A stretch of 64,000 nucleotides of DNA from Actinomycetes bacterium (GTDB lineage Bacteria; Actinomycetota; Acidimicrobiia; Acidimicrobiales; RAAP-2), in assembly GCA_021779855.1 (NCBI GenBank), contig JAJXZW010000005.1, positions 23,949 through 87,948 of the forward strand, in the 5' to 3' direction. Positions 22,125 to 32,671 of this stretch are shown piece by piece; the first letter of the stretch is position 1, and every line of letters starts with the position of its first letter. The translations under genes were made by a program, and so were the position numbers. The notes beneath the pieces were generated by a model that made no database searches, was not told the origin of the DNA, and worked only from the letters and a program-made list of their open reading frames with translations.

Positions 22125-23045
22125 CTACTCGTTGGCGGCCGGCCCGTCGAGGGCCGACACGAGGCCGCGCGTCGCGGCCACGGCGTCGCGCAGCGTGCCG
22201 AGGCGGCCGCGCGTCGTGGCGTCCAGGCGGAGGTCCCCCACCTGGACGAGGACTCCCCCGAGCAGGTCGGGCTCGACGTCGACCTGCAGTTCGACCGGCA
22301 AGCCGGTCAGGGCGTTCAGGCTGGCGCGCAGCGCCTCGCGGCTCGCGTCGTCGAGCGCGCGGGCGCTGCGCACGCGGGCCACGCGCCACTCGCGCACGGC
22401 GGCCACGTAGTCGACGAGGAAGTCGAGGGTGCCGATCACGTCACGCGGCCGCCCGCCGATCACGACGAAGCGCGCGAGGGAGAGCGCCACGGCGTCGGCC
22501 CGGGCGCCCAGGAGGTCGTCGGTCAGCCCGAGGCGGACCTCGAGCGGGGCGTCGCGGTCGAGCAGGACCCGGCGCAGCGCGGGGTTGGCCTCGATGGTGC
22601 GGGCCCACTCGAAGAGCTCGGTCTCGACCCGGGCGAAGCGCTCGGTGGCGACGTCCTCCATCAGGGCGTCGGTGTAGCCGGCCACCCGGTGGCGCGCCTC
22701 GAGCAGGCCGAGCCCGGGCAGCTCGAGCGCGCCGGTCTCGGCGAGGGAGCGCGCGGCGTGGGCGAGCTCCTCGAAGGACCGGGGCACCTCGGGCGCCGGC
22801 GACTCGGTCGCGGCGTAGGCCGCCAGGCGCACGGTCGGGGGGCTCACCTTCCCGGTGAGCAGGTCGCGCACCACGGCGCCGCGGGCGAGCGGCGCGATCG
22901 AGGTGTCGGTGAGGGCCGTGTCGAGGGTGCGCTGGTCGCGCACCGTGTCCACCAGGGCGCGCAGGTCGGCGACGACGACCGCGAGGTCGTCCCCGGACAG
23001 GCGTCCGAGGAGGGCGGTGGCGAAGCCTTCGAGCTTGGCGAGCAT
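22125..23045 (-). CDS. atpH: ATP synthase F1 delta (long actinobacterial form)
   Basis: C-terminal [17 protein letters not shown], position between atpF and atpA. Confidence 0.85.
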   Translation of the reverse strand: MLAKLEGFATALLGRLSGDDLAVVVADLRALVDTVRDQRTLDTALTDTSIAPLARGAVVRDLLTGKVSPPTVRLAAYAATESPAPEVPRSFEELAHAARSLAETGALELPGLGLLEARHRVAGYTDALMEDVATERFARVETELFEWARTIEANPALRRVLLDRDAPLEVRLGLTDDLLGARADAVALSLARFVVIGGRPRDVIGTLDFLVDYVAAVREWRVARVRSARALDDASREALRASLNALTGLPVELQVDVEPDLLGGVLVQVGDLRLDATTRGRLGTLRDAVAATRGLVSALDGPAANE

Positions 23046-23047
23046 GA

Positions 23048-23569
23048 CTAGCGGTTCGACCCCCGCGCGGCCTCGGCCCGGAGGGCCGCGATGGCCTCGC
23101 GCACGAGGTCCTCGTGGGCGCTCTGGTCGACCTCGCGGCCGACGATCTTGGCGACGAGGTCGAAGACGATCTCGCCGATCCGGGCCGAGGCGCCGTCGAC
23201 GGCGCGCTGGCGGGCGGCGTCGACCTCGACCTGGGCGCCCGAGAGGATGCGCTCGTACTCGGCCTGGGCCCGCCCGGTGGCGTCGGCCCTGAGCTGGTCC
23301 GACGTGGCCTGGGCGGCCGCCACGATCTGGCGGGCCTGGTCGCGGGCGTCGGCCAGCACGCGGGCGCGCTCGTCCTCGGCCTGGGCGGCCTCGGTCCGCG
23401 CGGCCTCGGCGGCGGCCAGCGAGGCGCGCACCTTCTCCTGACGGCTCTCCATGGCCTTGACGATCGGCGGGAGGAAGTAGCGCCAGGCGATCAAGAGGAG
23501 GACGACGAAGACGACCAACTCGACGATGAACGTCCCGTTGGGCAGGAGGAAGATGGAGGTGGCGAGCAT
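23048..23569 (-). CDS. atpF: ATP synthase Fo b
   Basis: FLLPNGTFIVEL TM segment followed by Ala-rich coiled coil. Confidence 0.93.
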   Translation of the reverse strand: MLATSIFLLPNGTFIVELVVFVVLLLIAWRYFLPPIVKAMESRQEKVRASLAAAEAARTEAAQAEDERARVLADARDQARQIVAAAQATSDQLRADATGRAQAEYERILSGAQVEVDAARQRAVDGASARIGEIVFDLVAKIVGREVDQSAHEDLVREAIAALRAEAARGSNR

Positions 23570-23607
23570 GGTGGGCCGGCTTTCCTAGCGGACGGGGCGA
23601 GCCCTGG

Positions 23608-23877
23608 TCAGTGCTTCTGGAACACGTAGACGAAGACGACCATAAAGAGCAGGTTGATGAAGTACATCGCCTCCACCAGGCCGACCGTCAAGAAGAAGTA
23701 CGTCCTCGCCTTGTTTTCGATCTCGGGCTGACGCGCGATGGCCGCGATGGTCTGGCTCCCCGCCAGGCCGTCGCCGATCGCCGCGCCGATGGCGCCACCG
23801 CCGAGGGCGAGACCGCCACCGATGAGCGCCCCGGCGTTGCGAACGGCGTCGCTGATCGCTGTGGTGTCCGTTGCCAT
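23608..23877 (-). CDS. atpE: ATP synthase Fo c
   Basis: [22 protein letters not shown] loop, [10 protein letters not shown]. Confidence 0.97.
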   Translation of the reverse strand: MATDTTAISDAVRNAGALIGGGLALGGGAIGAAIGDGLAGSQTIAAIARQPEIENKARTYFFLTVGLVEAMYFINLLFMVVFVYVFQKH

Positions 23878-23899
23878 TATCTACTCCTCCTGGGATGGT

Positions 23900-24697
23900 T
23901 CACTGCAGGACCTCGTGGGCGAGCGGGGCGGGGGCCGCCGGCTCATGCGCCTCGTGCACCTCGTTCGGCTCGTCGTGGCTCATCGCGAAGCCGAAGTAGA
24001 GCATCGTGAGGAGCGTGAAGATGAAGGCCTGGATCGTGCCGAGCAGGCCGGTGTCGAAGAACTTCCAGACGATCTCGAGCGGCGGGGTCACGTAGATCGG
24101 CAGGAGGGTCAGCATCACCACGAGCATCAGGCCGCCCGAGAAGATGTTGCCGAAGAGACGGAACGTCAGGGTGATCGGCTTGGTGATCTCCTCGATCACG
24201 TTGATCGGGGCGAGGGCCTTGAACGGTTGGGCGTAGTGGCGGAAGTAGCCCCGGAAGCCGCGGGCGCGGAACGACTCGACGTGGGCCCAGACGATGACGA
24301 ACAGCGCCATCGCCAGGGGCAGGTTCACGTCGCTGGTGGGCGCGGGGAAGATGTCCCCCGACTGGCCCGGGCGCAGCGCGGTGGGCAGGAAGTCGAGCCA
24401 GTTGGAGATGAGGATGAAGAGGAAGAGGGTGACCCCGACCGGCACGAAGCGACGGCCCTGGGGGCCGATGGCCGAGTCGGCCAGCTCCGAGACCTGCTCG
24501 GTGAGCACCTCCCAGACGATCTGGATCTTGCTCGGCACGCCGTCGGTGAGCTTCTTGCGCATCCAGAAGCCCAGCCCGAGGAAGATGGCCGCCGCGAGCA
24601 GGGTGCCCAGGACGATGTCCTCGTCGATCGTGAGACCGGCGAGGTGCCAGTAGGGGTGTTCCCCGACGGAGATGGTCTTAGCCGCAGCGAACAGCAT
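23900..24697 (-). CDS. atpB: ATP synthase Fo a
   Basis: APTSDVN, TLTFRLFGNIFSG, IQAFIFTLLT. Confidence 0.96.
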   Translation of the reverse strand: MLFAAAKTISVGEHPYWHLAGLTIDEDIVLGTLLAAAIFLGLGFWMRKKLTDGVPSKIQIVWEVLTEQVSELADSAIGPQGRRFVPVGVTLFLFILISNWLDFLPTALRPGQSGDIFPAPTSDVNLPLAMALFVIVWAHVESFRARGFRGYFRHYAQPFKALAPINVIEEITKPITLTFRLFGNIFSGGLMLVVMLTLLPIYVTPPLEIVWKFFDTGLLGTIQAFIFTLLTMLYFGFAMSHDEPNEVHEAHEPAAPAPLAHEVLQ

Positions 24698-24702
24698 CGG
24701 CC

Positions 24703-25113
24703 CTACTCCACTCCTCCCTGGCTCGCCACGACGCGCAGGACGTTCACGACGAAGACGATCTGATACAGCACGAGCCCGACAACAATACCCACTCCCAGGG
24801 GGGCGTCGAGCCAGATGAGTACGAGGGCCACCGCCGTGACCAGCGCCAGCCGGCCGGTGGTGCGCCCCCCGAGCTGGCGGCGGACCGCCTTGGTGCTCTT
24901 GGCCTGGCTGCCGACCTCGACGCGGGCCGCCTGGCGGTCCAACAGGCGTAGGTTCACCACGGCCAAGGCGACCCCGAGGGCGACCCCGAGGGCCGCGACC
25001 GGCGAGGCCACGAAGAAGGCCACGAAGAAGCCGACCACCCCGACGGCGAGCGCCGAGAAGGCGGTCCGGCGCAGCAGGCGCGGGAGCGTCGAAGCGGGGA
25101 GGTTCTCTAGCAC
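24703..25113 (-). CDS. atpI: ATP synthase accessory protein I
   Basis: Four TM helices immediately upstream of atpB; start uncertain (GTG 25113 chosen). Confidence 0.7.
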   Translation of the reverse strand: MLENLPASTLPRLLRRTAFSALAVGVVGFFVAFFVASPVAALGVALGVALAVVNLRLLDRQAARVEVGSQAKSTKAVRRQLGGRTTGRLALVTAVALVLIWLDAPLGVGIVVGLVLYQIVFVVNVLRVVASQGGVE

Positions 25114-25124
25114 GGACGGAAGAT

Positions 25125-25382
25125 TCACAGGTAGCGCCGCACGAGAGAGATGACGCTCGCCACGGCTGCCGCCGCCCCCAACACTATCCCGACGAGCAGA
25201 CCGGCCGGCGAGGCGTGCCACCACCGGTCCAGGTAGATGCCGAGGACGACCCCGAGCGCGAGGCAGACGGCGCTCGACGTGCCCATCGCGGCGAACGCGG
25301 CCGCCACCGACGGCGGTCCCTCGCGCTGTCCGCCCTGGTCCGACGGGGCACGGCCCTGGTCGTCGCCGTGCCCGCCGTTCAC
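25125..25382 (-). CDS. AtpZ/AtpI-family small membrane protein
   Basis: LGVVLGIYLDRWWHASPAGLLVGIVLG motif; GTGA overlap with the wecA stop. Confidence 0.75.
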   Translation of the reverse strand: MNGGHGDDQGRAPSDQGGQREGPPSVAAAFAAMGTSSAVCLALGVVLGIYLDRWWHASPAGLLVGIVLGAAAAVASVISLVRRYL

Positions 25383-26530
25383 CGGCCGACCCGCTCGCGC
25401 GGGGACGCCGGCGGCTGGGGCGCCGAGCGGGTGCGCCGGAGCCACCCGAGCAGCGGGCTGAACCAGGTCACCAGGGCGATCGCGAGCACCGCGACGCCCA
25501 GGGGGATGAAGACGTTGGCCCGGTTGTCGAACAGCGGCACCAGCACGAAGCCGCAGAGCAGGGCCGTCCACGCCCAGAGGATCACCACCGTGCGGCGGTG
25601 CCCGTGGCCCAGGCGCATGAGGCGGTGGTGGATGTGGTTCTTGTCGGGGGTGTCGAAGCCCTGGCCGGAGGCGGTGCGCCGGATGAAGGCCCAGGCGGCG
25701 TCGATGAGGGGCACGCCCAGGATGAAGACCGGGATGAGCAGCGGGGCGAAGAAGAAGAAGGTGACCCCGCTCGCCGGAGCGGTCCGCCCGCCGATCACCA
25801 TGGTCGAGGCGCTCATGAGCAGCCCCAGCATCAAGGAGCCGGCGTCGCCCATGAACAGCTTCGCCGGGTGGAAGTTGTCGCGCAGGAAGCCCACGCAGAT
25901 GCCGAAGGTGACGGCCGCGATCAGCGGCCCGATGTTGGACACGGGCAGCAGCCCGAGCGTCTCGAGGCGCAGCCCGTAGACGCACAGCGTGCCCGAGGCG
26001 ATCGCCACGATCCCGGCGGCGAGCCCGTCGAGACCGTCGATCAGGTTGATGGCGTTGCTCAGGGCCACGACCCACACCGCCGTGATCACCGGCAGGATCG
26101 ACGGGCCGAGGACGACGAACCCGGCGAAGGGGAGCTTCAGCTGGTACATCGTCGCGCCCGAGAAGTAGAGGATCGAGGCGGCCAGGAACTGGCCGGCCAC
26201 CTTGGCCGGGGCGCTCATGTCCCGGAAGTCGTCGACCATGCCCACCACGAAGATCACCCCGGCGGCGAGCAGGACGCCGAAGCCCTCGTGCGAGGCGGTC
26301 AGCACCGGGCGCAGCGACGGGACGAGGAGCGTCGCGAGGAGCCCCGCGCACAGCCCGACCAGCATCGCCGCGCCGCCCCCGTAGGGCGTGACGGCCTGGT
26401 GGACCTTGCGCTCGTCGGGCTGGGCGGTGTAGCCGATCTCGAGCGAGAGGCGGCGGGCCGGACGGTCGACGAGCGCCGTCACCACCGCCGCCACGAGGGC
26501 GACGACCCCGTAGGCGACCAGTCGACCCAC
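25379..26530 (-). CDS. MraY/WecA family undecaprenyl-phosphate GlcNAc-1-P transferase
   Basis: GMVDD, NAINLIDGLDGLAAG, FMGDAGS, DKNHIHHRL. Confidence 0.92.
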   Translation of the reverse strand: MGRLVAYGVVALVAAVVTALVDRPARRLSLEIGYTAQPDERKVHQAVTPYGGGAAMLVGLCAGLLATLLVPSLRPVLTASHEGFGVLLAAGVIFVVGMVDDFRDMSAPAKVAGQFLAASILYFSGATMYQLKLPFAGFVVLGPSILPVITAVWVVALSNAINLIDGLDGLAAGIVAIASGTLCVYGLRLETLGLLPVSNIGPLIAAVTFGICVGFLRDNFHPAKLFMGDAGSLMLGLLMSASTMVIGGRTAPASGVTFFFFAPLLIPVFILGVPLIDAAWAFIRRTASGQGFDTPDKNHIHHRLMRLGHGHRRTVVILWAWTALLCGFVLVPLFDNRANVFIPLGVAVLAIALVTWFSPLLGWLRRTRSAPQPPASPRERVGR

Positions 26531-26533
26531 GAC

Positions 26534-27820
26534 CTAGCCCGCGAACCCCTGGTACGGGTTGAACGCCGCGCAGAGCGCCGCGACGTCCCGGCGGACCGCG
26601 GCGAGGACGGCGTCGTCGTCGCGGCCGCGCAGCGCACGGGCCATGAGCCCGGCCACCGTGGTGAACTCCGCCTCGCCGAGCCCGGCGGTCGTCTCGGCGG
26701 CCGTGCCGACGCGCAGCCCGGAGGTGACGAAGGCGCTGCGCGGGTCGTCGGGGATGGTGTTGCGGTTCGTCGTGATCCCGGCGCGGTCCAGCGCCTCCTG
26801 GGCGGCCTTGCCGGTGAGCTCGGCGTCGAAGTCGCGCAGGTCGAGCAGCACCATGTGGTTGTCGGTGCCGCCCGAGACGAGCCGGAAGCCCTCGCCGGCC
26901 AGGGCCGCCGCGAAGGCGCGGGAGTTGGCGACGACCCGGTGGGCGTAGTCGGCGAAGGCCGGCTGGGCGGCCTCGCGGAACGCGACGGCCTTGGCGGCGA
27001 TGACGTGCTCGAGCGGGCCGCCCTGCTGGCCCGGGAAGACGGCCGAGTCGATCTTCTTCGCGTGCTCCTCGCGACACAGGATGGCCCCGCCGCGGGGCCC
27101 GCGCAGGGTCTTGTGCGTCGTGAAGGTCACCACGTCGGCGTAGGGCACGGGCGAGGGGTGCGCGCCGCCGGCGATGAGCCCCGCGACGTGGGCCGAGTCG
27201 ACCATGAGGTAGGCCCCGACCTCGTCGGCGATCTCCCGGAACGGCACCGGGTCGATGACCCGGCTGTAGGCCGTGGCGCCGGCCACGATGAGCCGCGGGC
27301 GGTGCTCGCGGGCGAGGTCGCGCACGTTGTCGAAGTCGATGACCTCGCCCGGGGCCTCGGAGTCGTCGCCGCGGGGCGTGACCCCGTAGGACACGAAGCG
27401 CCAGAAGGTCGAGGTGATCGACGCCGGCGAGCCGTGGGTGAGGTGGCCGCCCTGGTCCAGGCGCATCGCCAGGATCGTGTCGCCCGGCTCGAGGAGCGCC
27501 TCGTAGGCCGCCACGTTGGCGTTGGCCCCGCAGTGGGGCTGGACGTTGGCGTGGTCGGCCCCGAAGAGCGCCGTCAGCCGACGCCGGGCGAGGTCCTCGA
27601 CCTCGTCGACGACCTGGTTGCCGCCGTAGTAGCGCCGCCCGGGGTAGCCCTCGGCGTACTTGTTGGTGAGGATGGACCCGGCCGCCGCCAGCACCGCCGG
27701 CGAGGCGAAGTTCTCGCTGGCGATCAGCTGGAGCGTCGTCGTCTGGCGCGCCCACTCGTCGCCCAGCAGGGCCACCACCTCGTCGTCGGTGATCCAGCGG
27801 TCGAGGGGCGAGGGGCTCAC
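26534..27820 (-). CDS. glyA: Serine hydroxymethyltransferase
   Basis: [40 protein letters not shown]; GTG start overlaps the rpiB stop. Confidence 0.97.
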   Translation of the reverse strand: MSPSPLDRWITDDEVVALLGDEWARQTTTLQLIASENFASPAVLAAAGSILTNKYAEGYPGRRYYGGNQVVDEVEDLARRRLTALFGADHANVQPHCGANANVAAYEALLEPGDTILAMRLDQGGHLTHGSPASITSTFWRFVSYGVTPRGDDSEAPGEVIDFDNVRDLAREHRPRLIVAGATAYSRVIDPVPFREIADEVGAYLMVDSAHVAGLIAGGAHPSPVPYADVVTFTTHKTLRGPRGGAILCREEHAKKIDSAVFPGQQGGPLEHVIAAKAVAFREAAQPAFADYAHRVVANSRAFAAALAGEGFRLVSGGTDNHMVLLDLRDFDAELTGKAAQEALDRAGITTNRNTIPDDPRSAFVTSGLRVGTAAETTAGLGEAEFTTVAGLMARALRGRDDDAVLAAVRRDVAALCAAFNPYQGFAG

Positions 27821-28275
27821 GGCTGCTCCTTGGCGCGGGCGGCGTCGAGCGCCGCGATCTTGTCGATCCGGGTCTGGTGGCGGGGCTCGGGCGAGGCGAG
27901 GAGGTACGCCCGCACGGCCTCGACGGCCACGCTCGGCCCGGTCGTGCGCCCACCCAGGCAGACGACGTTGGCGTGGTTGTGCTCGCGCGCGAGGTGACCG
28001 CTCGTCACGTCGTGGACGACCGCGGCGCGCACGCCCGCGATCTTGTTCGCGGCGATCGCGATCCCGATCCCCGACCCGCAGCAGGCGACCCCGAGGTCGG
28101 CGCGGCCCCCGACGACGGCCCGGCCCACGGCCGCCCCGAAGTCGGGGTAGTCCACCGACGGGCTCGGCGCGTCGGTGCCGAGGTCGAGGACCTCGTGGCC
28201 CCAGGACTCGATCGCGGTGCGCAGCACCGCCTTGAGCTCGAAGCCGGCGTGGTCGGAGCCCATCGCGATCCGCAT
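27817..28275 (-). CDS. rpiB: Ribose-5-phosphate isomerase B
   Basis: [37 protein letters not shown]. Confidence 0.94.
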   Translation of the reverse strand: MRIAMGSDHAGFELKAVLRTAIESWGHEVLDLGTDAPSPSVDYPDFGAAVGRAVVGGRADLGVACCGSGIGIAIAANKIAGVRAAVVHDVTSGHLAREHNHANVVCLGGRTTGPSVAVEAVRAYLLASPEPRHQTRIDKIAALDAARAKEQP

Positions 28276-28330
28276 AGCGCACCCACCCTACCCGTGGCCC
28301 TCGCCCGGCCGGGGGGGCAATACTGCCGGG

Positions 28331-29812
28331 GTGACCCTCGATCCCCGCACGCCGGTCGTCGTCGGGGTCGGCCAGGTGACCGTGCCCCCCGACGCCGGCC
28401 ACGGCTACGACGGGCGCCCGACGCCCCTCGGGCTCATGTGCGGCGCGCTCGAGGCGGCCGCCGCCGACGCGGGCCCGCGCGGCGCGCTGCTCGCGCGCCT
28501 CGACGAGGTCGTGGCCATCAGCTCGTTCGTCTGGCGCGCCCGGGACCCGGCCGCCCTGGTCCTCGAGACCCTCGGCCTCGCCCCGCGGGCCACCGCGCTC
28601 GCCCCGACCGGGGGCAGCCAGCCCCAGCGGCTGGTGGCCGCGGCGGCGCGGCGCATCGCCGCCGGCGGGCTCGACGCGGTCGCCATCGTCGGCGCCGAGG
28701 CGATGTACGCCCACCGCCTCGCCCGCCGCGAGGGCCGACCGGTCGACTGGCCCGGCCACGAGGACGGGCCGGCCCCCGTGACGACGGGCCGCGACCCCTT
28801 CACGCCCGAGGAGCGGCGCCACGGCCTCGCCCTGCCGGTCGGGGTCTACCCGCTCTTCGAGAACGCCCGGCGGGCCCGGTCGGGCTGGTCGATCGACGAG
28901 CACCGGGCCCGCCTCGGGACGCTGTGGGCCGGCTTCGCCCGGGTGGCCCGCGAGAACCCCTACGCCTGGCGGCGCGACGGCCCCGACGCCGCCACCATCG
29001 CGACGCCGACGTCGGACAACCGGATGATCGGCTTCCCCTACACCAAGCTGCTCGTGGCCAACCTGCCGGTCGACATGGGCGCGTGCCTCGTGCTCACCTC
29101 CTACGAGCGGGCGCGCGAGCTCGGCGTGGCCGAGGAGAAGATGGTCTTCCCCCAGTGCGCCGCCGAGGCCGACGACCACTGGTTCGTCTCGGAGCGCCCC
29201 GACCTCGACGCCTCCCCCGCCATGGGGGCCGTCTGGGGGGCGCTCCGCGAGTTCGGCGTCGACGGATCGGTCGAGCTCGTCGACCTCTACAGCTGCTTCC
29301 CCACCGTCGTCCAGACGGCCGCCGAGGTGATCGGCCTCGACCCCTTCGACGCGGCGCGGCCCCCGACGGTGACCGGCGGGCTCACCTTCGCCGGCGGGCC
29401 GGGCAACAACTACGTCACCCACGCGATCGCGACCATGGTCGAGCGGCTCCGCGCCCGGCCCGAGGCGACCGGGCTCGTCACCGGCCTGGGGTGGTTCTCG
29501 ACCGAGCACGCCTGGGGCGCCTACCGCGCCGCGCCCCCTCCGGCGGGCTTCCGCTGGCGCGACGCCCGCGCCGCGGTCGACGCGACCCCGCGGGTCGAGG
29601 TCACGAGCGGCGACGGCCCGCTCGTCGTCGAGACCTACACCGTGACCCACCGCTCCGACGGGTCCTTTGAGCGGCTCGTCGTGTGCGGGCGCCAGGCCGA
29701 CGGCCGACGGCGGTGGGCCCACAGCGAGGACCCCGACCTGTGCGCGGGTGCCGAGGAGCACGAGCTGCTCGGGACCCGTCTCGCGGTGCGCGACGGCCGG
29801 GTGCGGCCCTAG
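28331..29812 (+). CDS. Thiolase-like acetyl-CoA acetyltransferase with C-terminal extra domain
   Basis: [48 protein letters not shown]. Confidence 0.85.
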   Translation: MTLDPRTPVVVGVGQVTVPPDAGHGYDGRPTPLGLMCGALEAAAADAGPRGALLARLDEVVAISSFVWRARDPAALVLETLGLAPRATALAPTGGSQPQRLVAAAARRIAAGGLDAVAIVGAEAMYAHRLARREGRPVDWPGHEDGPAPVTTGRDPFTPEERRHGLALPVGVYPLFENARRARSGWSIDEHRARLGTLWAGFARVARENPYAWRRDGPDAATIATPTSDNRMIGFPYTKLLVANLPVDMGACLVLTSYERARELGVAEEKMVFPQCAAEADDHWFVSERPDLDASPAMGAVWGALREFGVDGSVELVDLYSCFPTVVQTAAEVIGLDPFDAARPPTVTGGLTFAGGPGNNYVTHAIATMVERLRARPEATGLVTGLGWFSTEHAWGAYRAAPPPAGFRWRDARAAVDATPRVEVTSGDGPLVVETYTVTHRSDGSFERLVVCGRQADGRRRWAHSEDPDLCAGAEEHELLGTRLAVRDGRVRP

Positions 29813-29897
29813 GGGCGGTGGGACGAGGCCGGCGTCCCGAGCTGCGGTCCGTCGTCCCCGACGGGGATCGCGACTCGAACCCGGTCGAGCCCACCCC

Positions 29898-30503
29898 TCA
29901 CGGCTCGGCCAGCGCCGCGGCGATCGCCGCGGCGCTGAGGGCGCCCTCGCGCACCACGACGGCGCTCGGGCCCGTCACCTCGACCACCGACGAGACGGCC
30001 GCCGCGCGGGTCCCGCCGTCGAGCACGCCGGCCAGCCCGTCGCGCCCGGTGAAGCACGCCGCGACGTCCTCGGCGCTGGTGCAGGGCGGCTCGCCGTGCT
30101 CGTTCGCGCTGGTCACCGCGAGCGGCCCGGTGCGCTCGAGCAGCGCGCGCACCGGCGGGTCGGCCGGGACGCGCACCCCGAGGGTGCCCCCGGCCGCGTG
30201 CACGCGCCCGGCGAGCTCCTCGGGCGCCCTCACCACCAGGGTGAGGGCGCCGGGCCAGTAGCGCTCGGCCAGCCGCTCGCCGAGGGGCCCGAGCGCCACC
30301 CCCAGGGGCCCGAGGTCCTCGGGGCGGGCCACCAGGACCGGCAGGGCGACCGACGCGGGTCGGCGCTTCAGCGCGAAGACGGCGGCGATCGCCGCGGGGC
30401 GGTCGAGCCGCGCGGCGAGCCCGTAGACGGTGTCGGTGGGCACCGCGACCACCCCGCCCGCGTCGAGGGCCTCGACGGCCTCCTCGAGGGAGAGGCGCCT
30501 CAT
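29898..30503 (-). CDS. tsaC: L-threonylcarbamoyladenylate synthase (Sua5/TsaC)
   Basis: [29 protein letters not shown]. Confidence 0.93.
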   Translation of the reverse strand: MRRLSLEEAVEALDAGGVVAVPTDTVYGLAARLDRPAAIAAVFALKRRPASVALPVLVARPEDLGPLGVALGPLGERLAERYWPGALTLVVRAPEELAGRVHAAGGTLGVRVPADPPVRALLERTGPLAVTSANEHGEPPCTSAEDVAACFTGRDGLAGVLDGGTRAAAVSSVVEVTGPSAVVVREGALSAAAIAAALAEP

Positions 30504-31327
30504 CGCCGGCGCCCGATCAGGACGCGGTCGCGACCGGCGAGGTCGCGACGGTCGACCGCCTCGAGGCCGGCGTCGCGGGCCGCGGCCAGCGCCGCCGGGC
30601 CCTGGCGGTCGCCGTGCTCGAGCACGAGCGCGCCGCCCGGGGCGAGCCACGCCGGGGCGGCCGCGACGATCGCCGCCGCGTCGGCGAACCCGGCCACGCC
30701 GTCGTGGTCGGGGGCGACGAGCGCGCCGCGGGGCTCGTGGGCGAGGACCGGGTCGAGCCCGGCCAGCTCCTCGGCCCCCACGTAGGGCGGGTTCGCCACG
30801 ACGAGGTGGACCCGGCCGCGCCAGGACGCGTCGAGTCCGCCGAACCAGTCCGAGCGCACGAACGAGACCTCGGTGAGGCCGTGCTTGCGCGCGTTGGCCC
30901 GCGCCACCGCGAGGGCCCCCTCGGAGACGTCGACGCCGATCACGCGCGCGCCGAGGCCGCGCGCGGCGAGCTCCTGGGCGATCGCCAGGCCGATGGCGCC
31001 CGACCCGCAGCCCAGGTCGAGCACGACGGGGGCCGCCTCGTCGAGGCGGGCCAGCTCGGCCAGCGCGTGGTCGACCAGTTCCTCGGTCTCGGGCCGCGGG
31101 ATCAGGACGCGGGGGTCGACGTCGAGGTCGAGGCCGCGGAACGGCCAGTGGCCGAGCACGTACTGCAGGGGCTCGCCCCCCAGCCGACGCCGCCCGGCGG
31201 CGCGCACCGCCGCGGCCGCGTCGGGGTCGCCGCCGACGGCGTACTCCTCGACGATCCAGCGGGCCTCGCGGGCGGCCAGGCCGCTCGCCACGAGCTCCTC
31301 GACCAGCGAGGGCCTAGCGTCGACCAC
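30500..31327 (-). CDS. prmC: Release factor glutamine methyltransferase
   Basis: [28 protein letters not shown]. Confidence 0.95.
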   Translation of the reverse strand: MVDARPSLVEELVASGLAAREARWIVEEYAVGGDPDAAAAVRAAGRRRLGGEPLQYVLGHWPFRGLDLDVDPRVLIPRPETEELVDHALAELARLDEAAPVVLDLGCGSGAIGLAIAQELAARGLGARVIGVDVSEGALAVARANARKHGLTEVSFVRSDWFGGLDASWRGRVHLVVANPPYVGAEELAGLDPVLAHEPRGALVAPDHDGVAGFADAAAIVAAAPAWLAPGGALVLEHGDRQGPAALAAARDAGLEAVDRRDLAGRDRVLIGRRR

Positions 31328-32393
31328 TCTCGGCGAGCTGGTGGGCGCGCTTGTCGGCGAGCAGGGCGTCCACGTAGGGGTCGAGGTCACCGTTCAACAC
31401 GGCGTCGAGGGCGTAGGTCGTCAGGTTGATCCGGTGGTCGGTGACCCGGTTCTCCTTGAAGTTGTAGGTCCGGATCTTCTCGCTGCGCCCCCCGCCGCCC
31501 ACCTGGGAGCGCTTCAGTCCGGAGAGCGCGGCCGCCTGGGCCTCCTGGGCCGCCGCGAGCAGCCGCGAGCGCAGCACCAGCAGGGCCTTCGCCCGGTTCT
31601 GGATCTGGCTCTTCTCGTCCTGCATCGACACCACGATGCCGGTCGGCAGGTGGGTGACACGCACCGCCGAGTCGGTCGTGTTCACGCTCTGGCCCCCGGG
31701 GCCCGAGGAGCGGTAGACGTCGATCTTGAGGTCGTTGGGGTTGATCTCGACGTCGACCTCCTCGGCCTCGGGCAGGATCGTGACCGTCGCCGACGACGTG
31801 TGGACCCGCCCCTTGGCCTCGGTGACCGGGACGCGCTGGACCCGGTGCACCCCGGCCTCGAACTGGAGCCGGCTCCAGGCGTCCTCGCCCTTGACGAGGT
31901 AGGTGGCCTCGTCGAGTCCGCCCTGATCGCTCGGGCGCTCCTCGATCACCTCGACCCGCCACCCCCGCAGGGCCGCGTAGCGCTTGTACATCGTCGCGAG
32001 GTCGGCCGCGAAGAGGTTGGCCTCCTCGCCGCCCTCGGCGCCGCGGATCTCCATGATCACGTTGCGCCCCTCGTTGGGGTCGTGGGGCAAGAGCAGGGAC
32101 TCGAGGCGCTCCTCGAGGCCGGCGATGCGCGACTCGGCGTCGTCGACCTCCTCGCGCCACAGCTCGCGCTCGGCCCCCTCGGACTCGGTCAGCATCTCGC
32201 GCGCGGTCACCAGGTCCTCGCGGGCCGTGCGCAGGTCGCTCCAGGTGGTGGTGACCTCGGTCAGCTCCTTGTGGCGCCGCGAGAGGTCGCGCAGGCGCGC
32301 CCGGTCGTCGGCGACGTCGGGCCGGGCCAGCTCCTCCTCGACCGCGCGCAACTCGTCGGCCAGGGCGTCGAGGGTCTCGTCCAGGGAGCGCAC
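31314..32393 (-). CDS. prfA: Peptide chain release factor 1
   Basis: GGEEA, PVT anticodon motif, [12 protein letters not shown]. Confidence 0.97.
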   Translation of the reverse strand: MRSLDETLDALADELRAVEEELARPDVADDRARLRDLSRRHKELTEVTTTWSDLRTAREDLVTAREMLTESEGAERELWREEVDDAESRIAGLEERLESLLLPHDPNEGRNVIMEIRGAEGGEEANLFAADLATMYKRYAALRGWRVEVIEERPSDQGGLDEATYLVKGEDAWSRLQFEAGVHRVQRVPVTEAKGRVHTSSATVTILPEAEEVDVEINPNDLKIDVYRSSGPGGQSVNTTDSAVRVTHLPTGIVVSMQDEKSQIQNRAKALLVLRSRLLAAAQEAQAAALSGLKRSQVGGGGRSEKIRTYNFKENRVTDHRINLTTYALDAVLNGDLDPYVDALLADKRAHQLAESGRR

Positions 32394-32409
32394 GACGCCT
32401 CGACGGCGA

Positions 32410-32631
32410 TCAGGACTTGGTGCGCGGCTTGGCCTTCTGCGCGTAGCGGCGCTGGAACCGCTCGACGCGGCCGCCGGTGTCGACGAGCTTCTGCTTGCCG
32501 GTGAAGAAGGGGTGGCACTCGTTGCACAGCTCCACGTGCAGCTCGGACTTGGTCGAGCCCACCGTGAAGGTGTTGCCGCACGAGCAGGTCACGGTCGCGG
32601 GGCCGTAGTGGGGGTGGATGTCGGACTTCAT
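32410..32631 (-). CDS. rpmE: 50S ribosomal protein L31 (Zn-binding type)
   Basis: [23 protein letters not shown]. Confidence 0.97.
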   Translation of the reverse strand: MKSDIHPHYGPATVTCSCGNTFTVGSTKSELHVELCNECHPFFTGKQKLVDTGGRVERFQRRYAQKAKPRTKS

Positions 32632-32671
32632 AGCGCTCCTTAACGAAAGCGAAGAGACAGTCTAGCGGGGC

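Noticed and set aside
22125-23045. Unusually long delta subunit as a novel fusion
   Set aside because: Extended delta subunits are normal in Actinomycetota, and atpF is a separate gene
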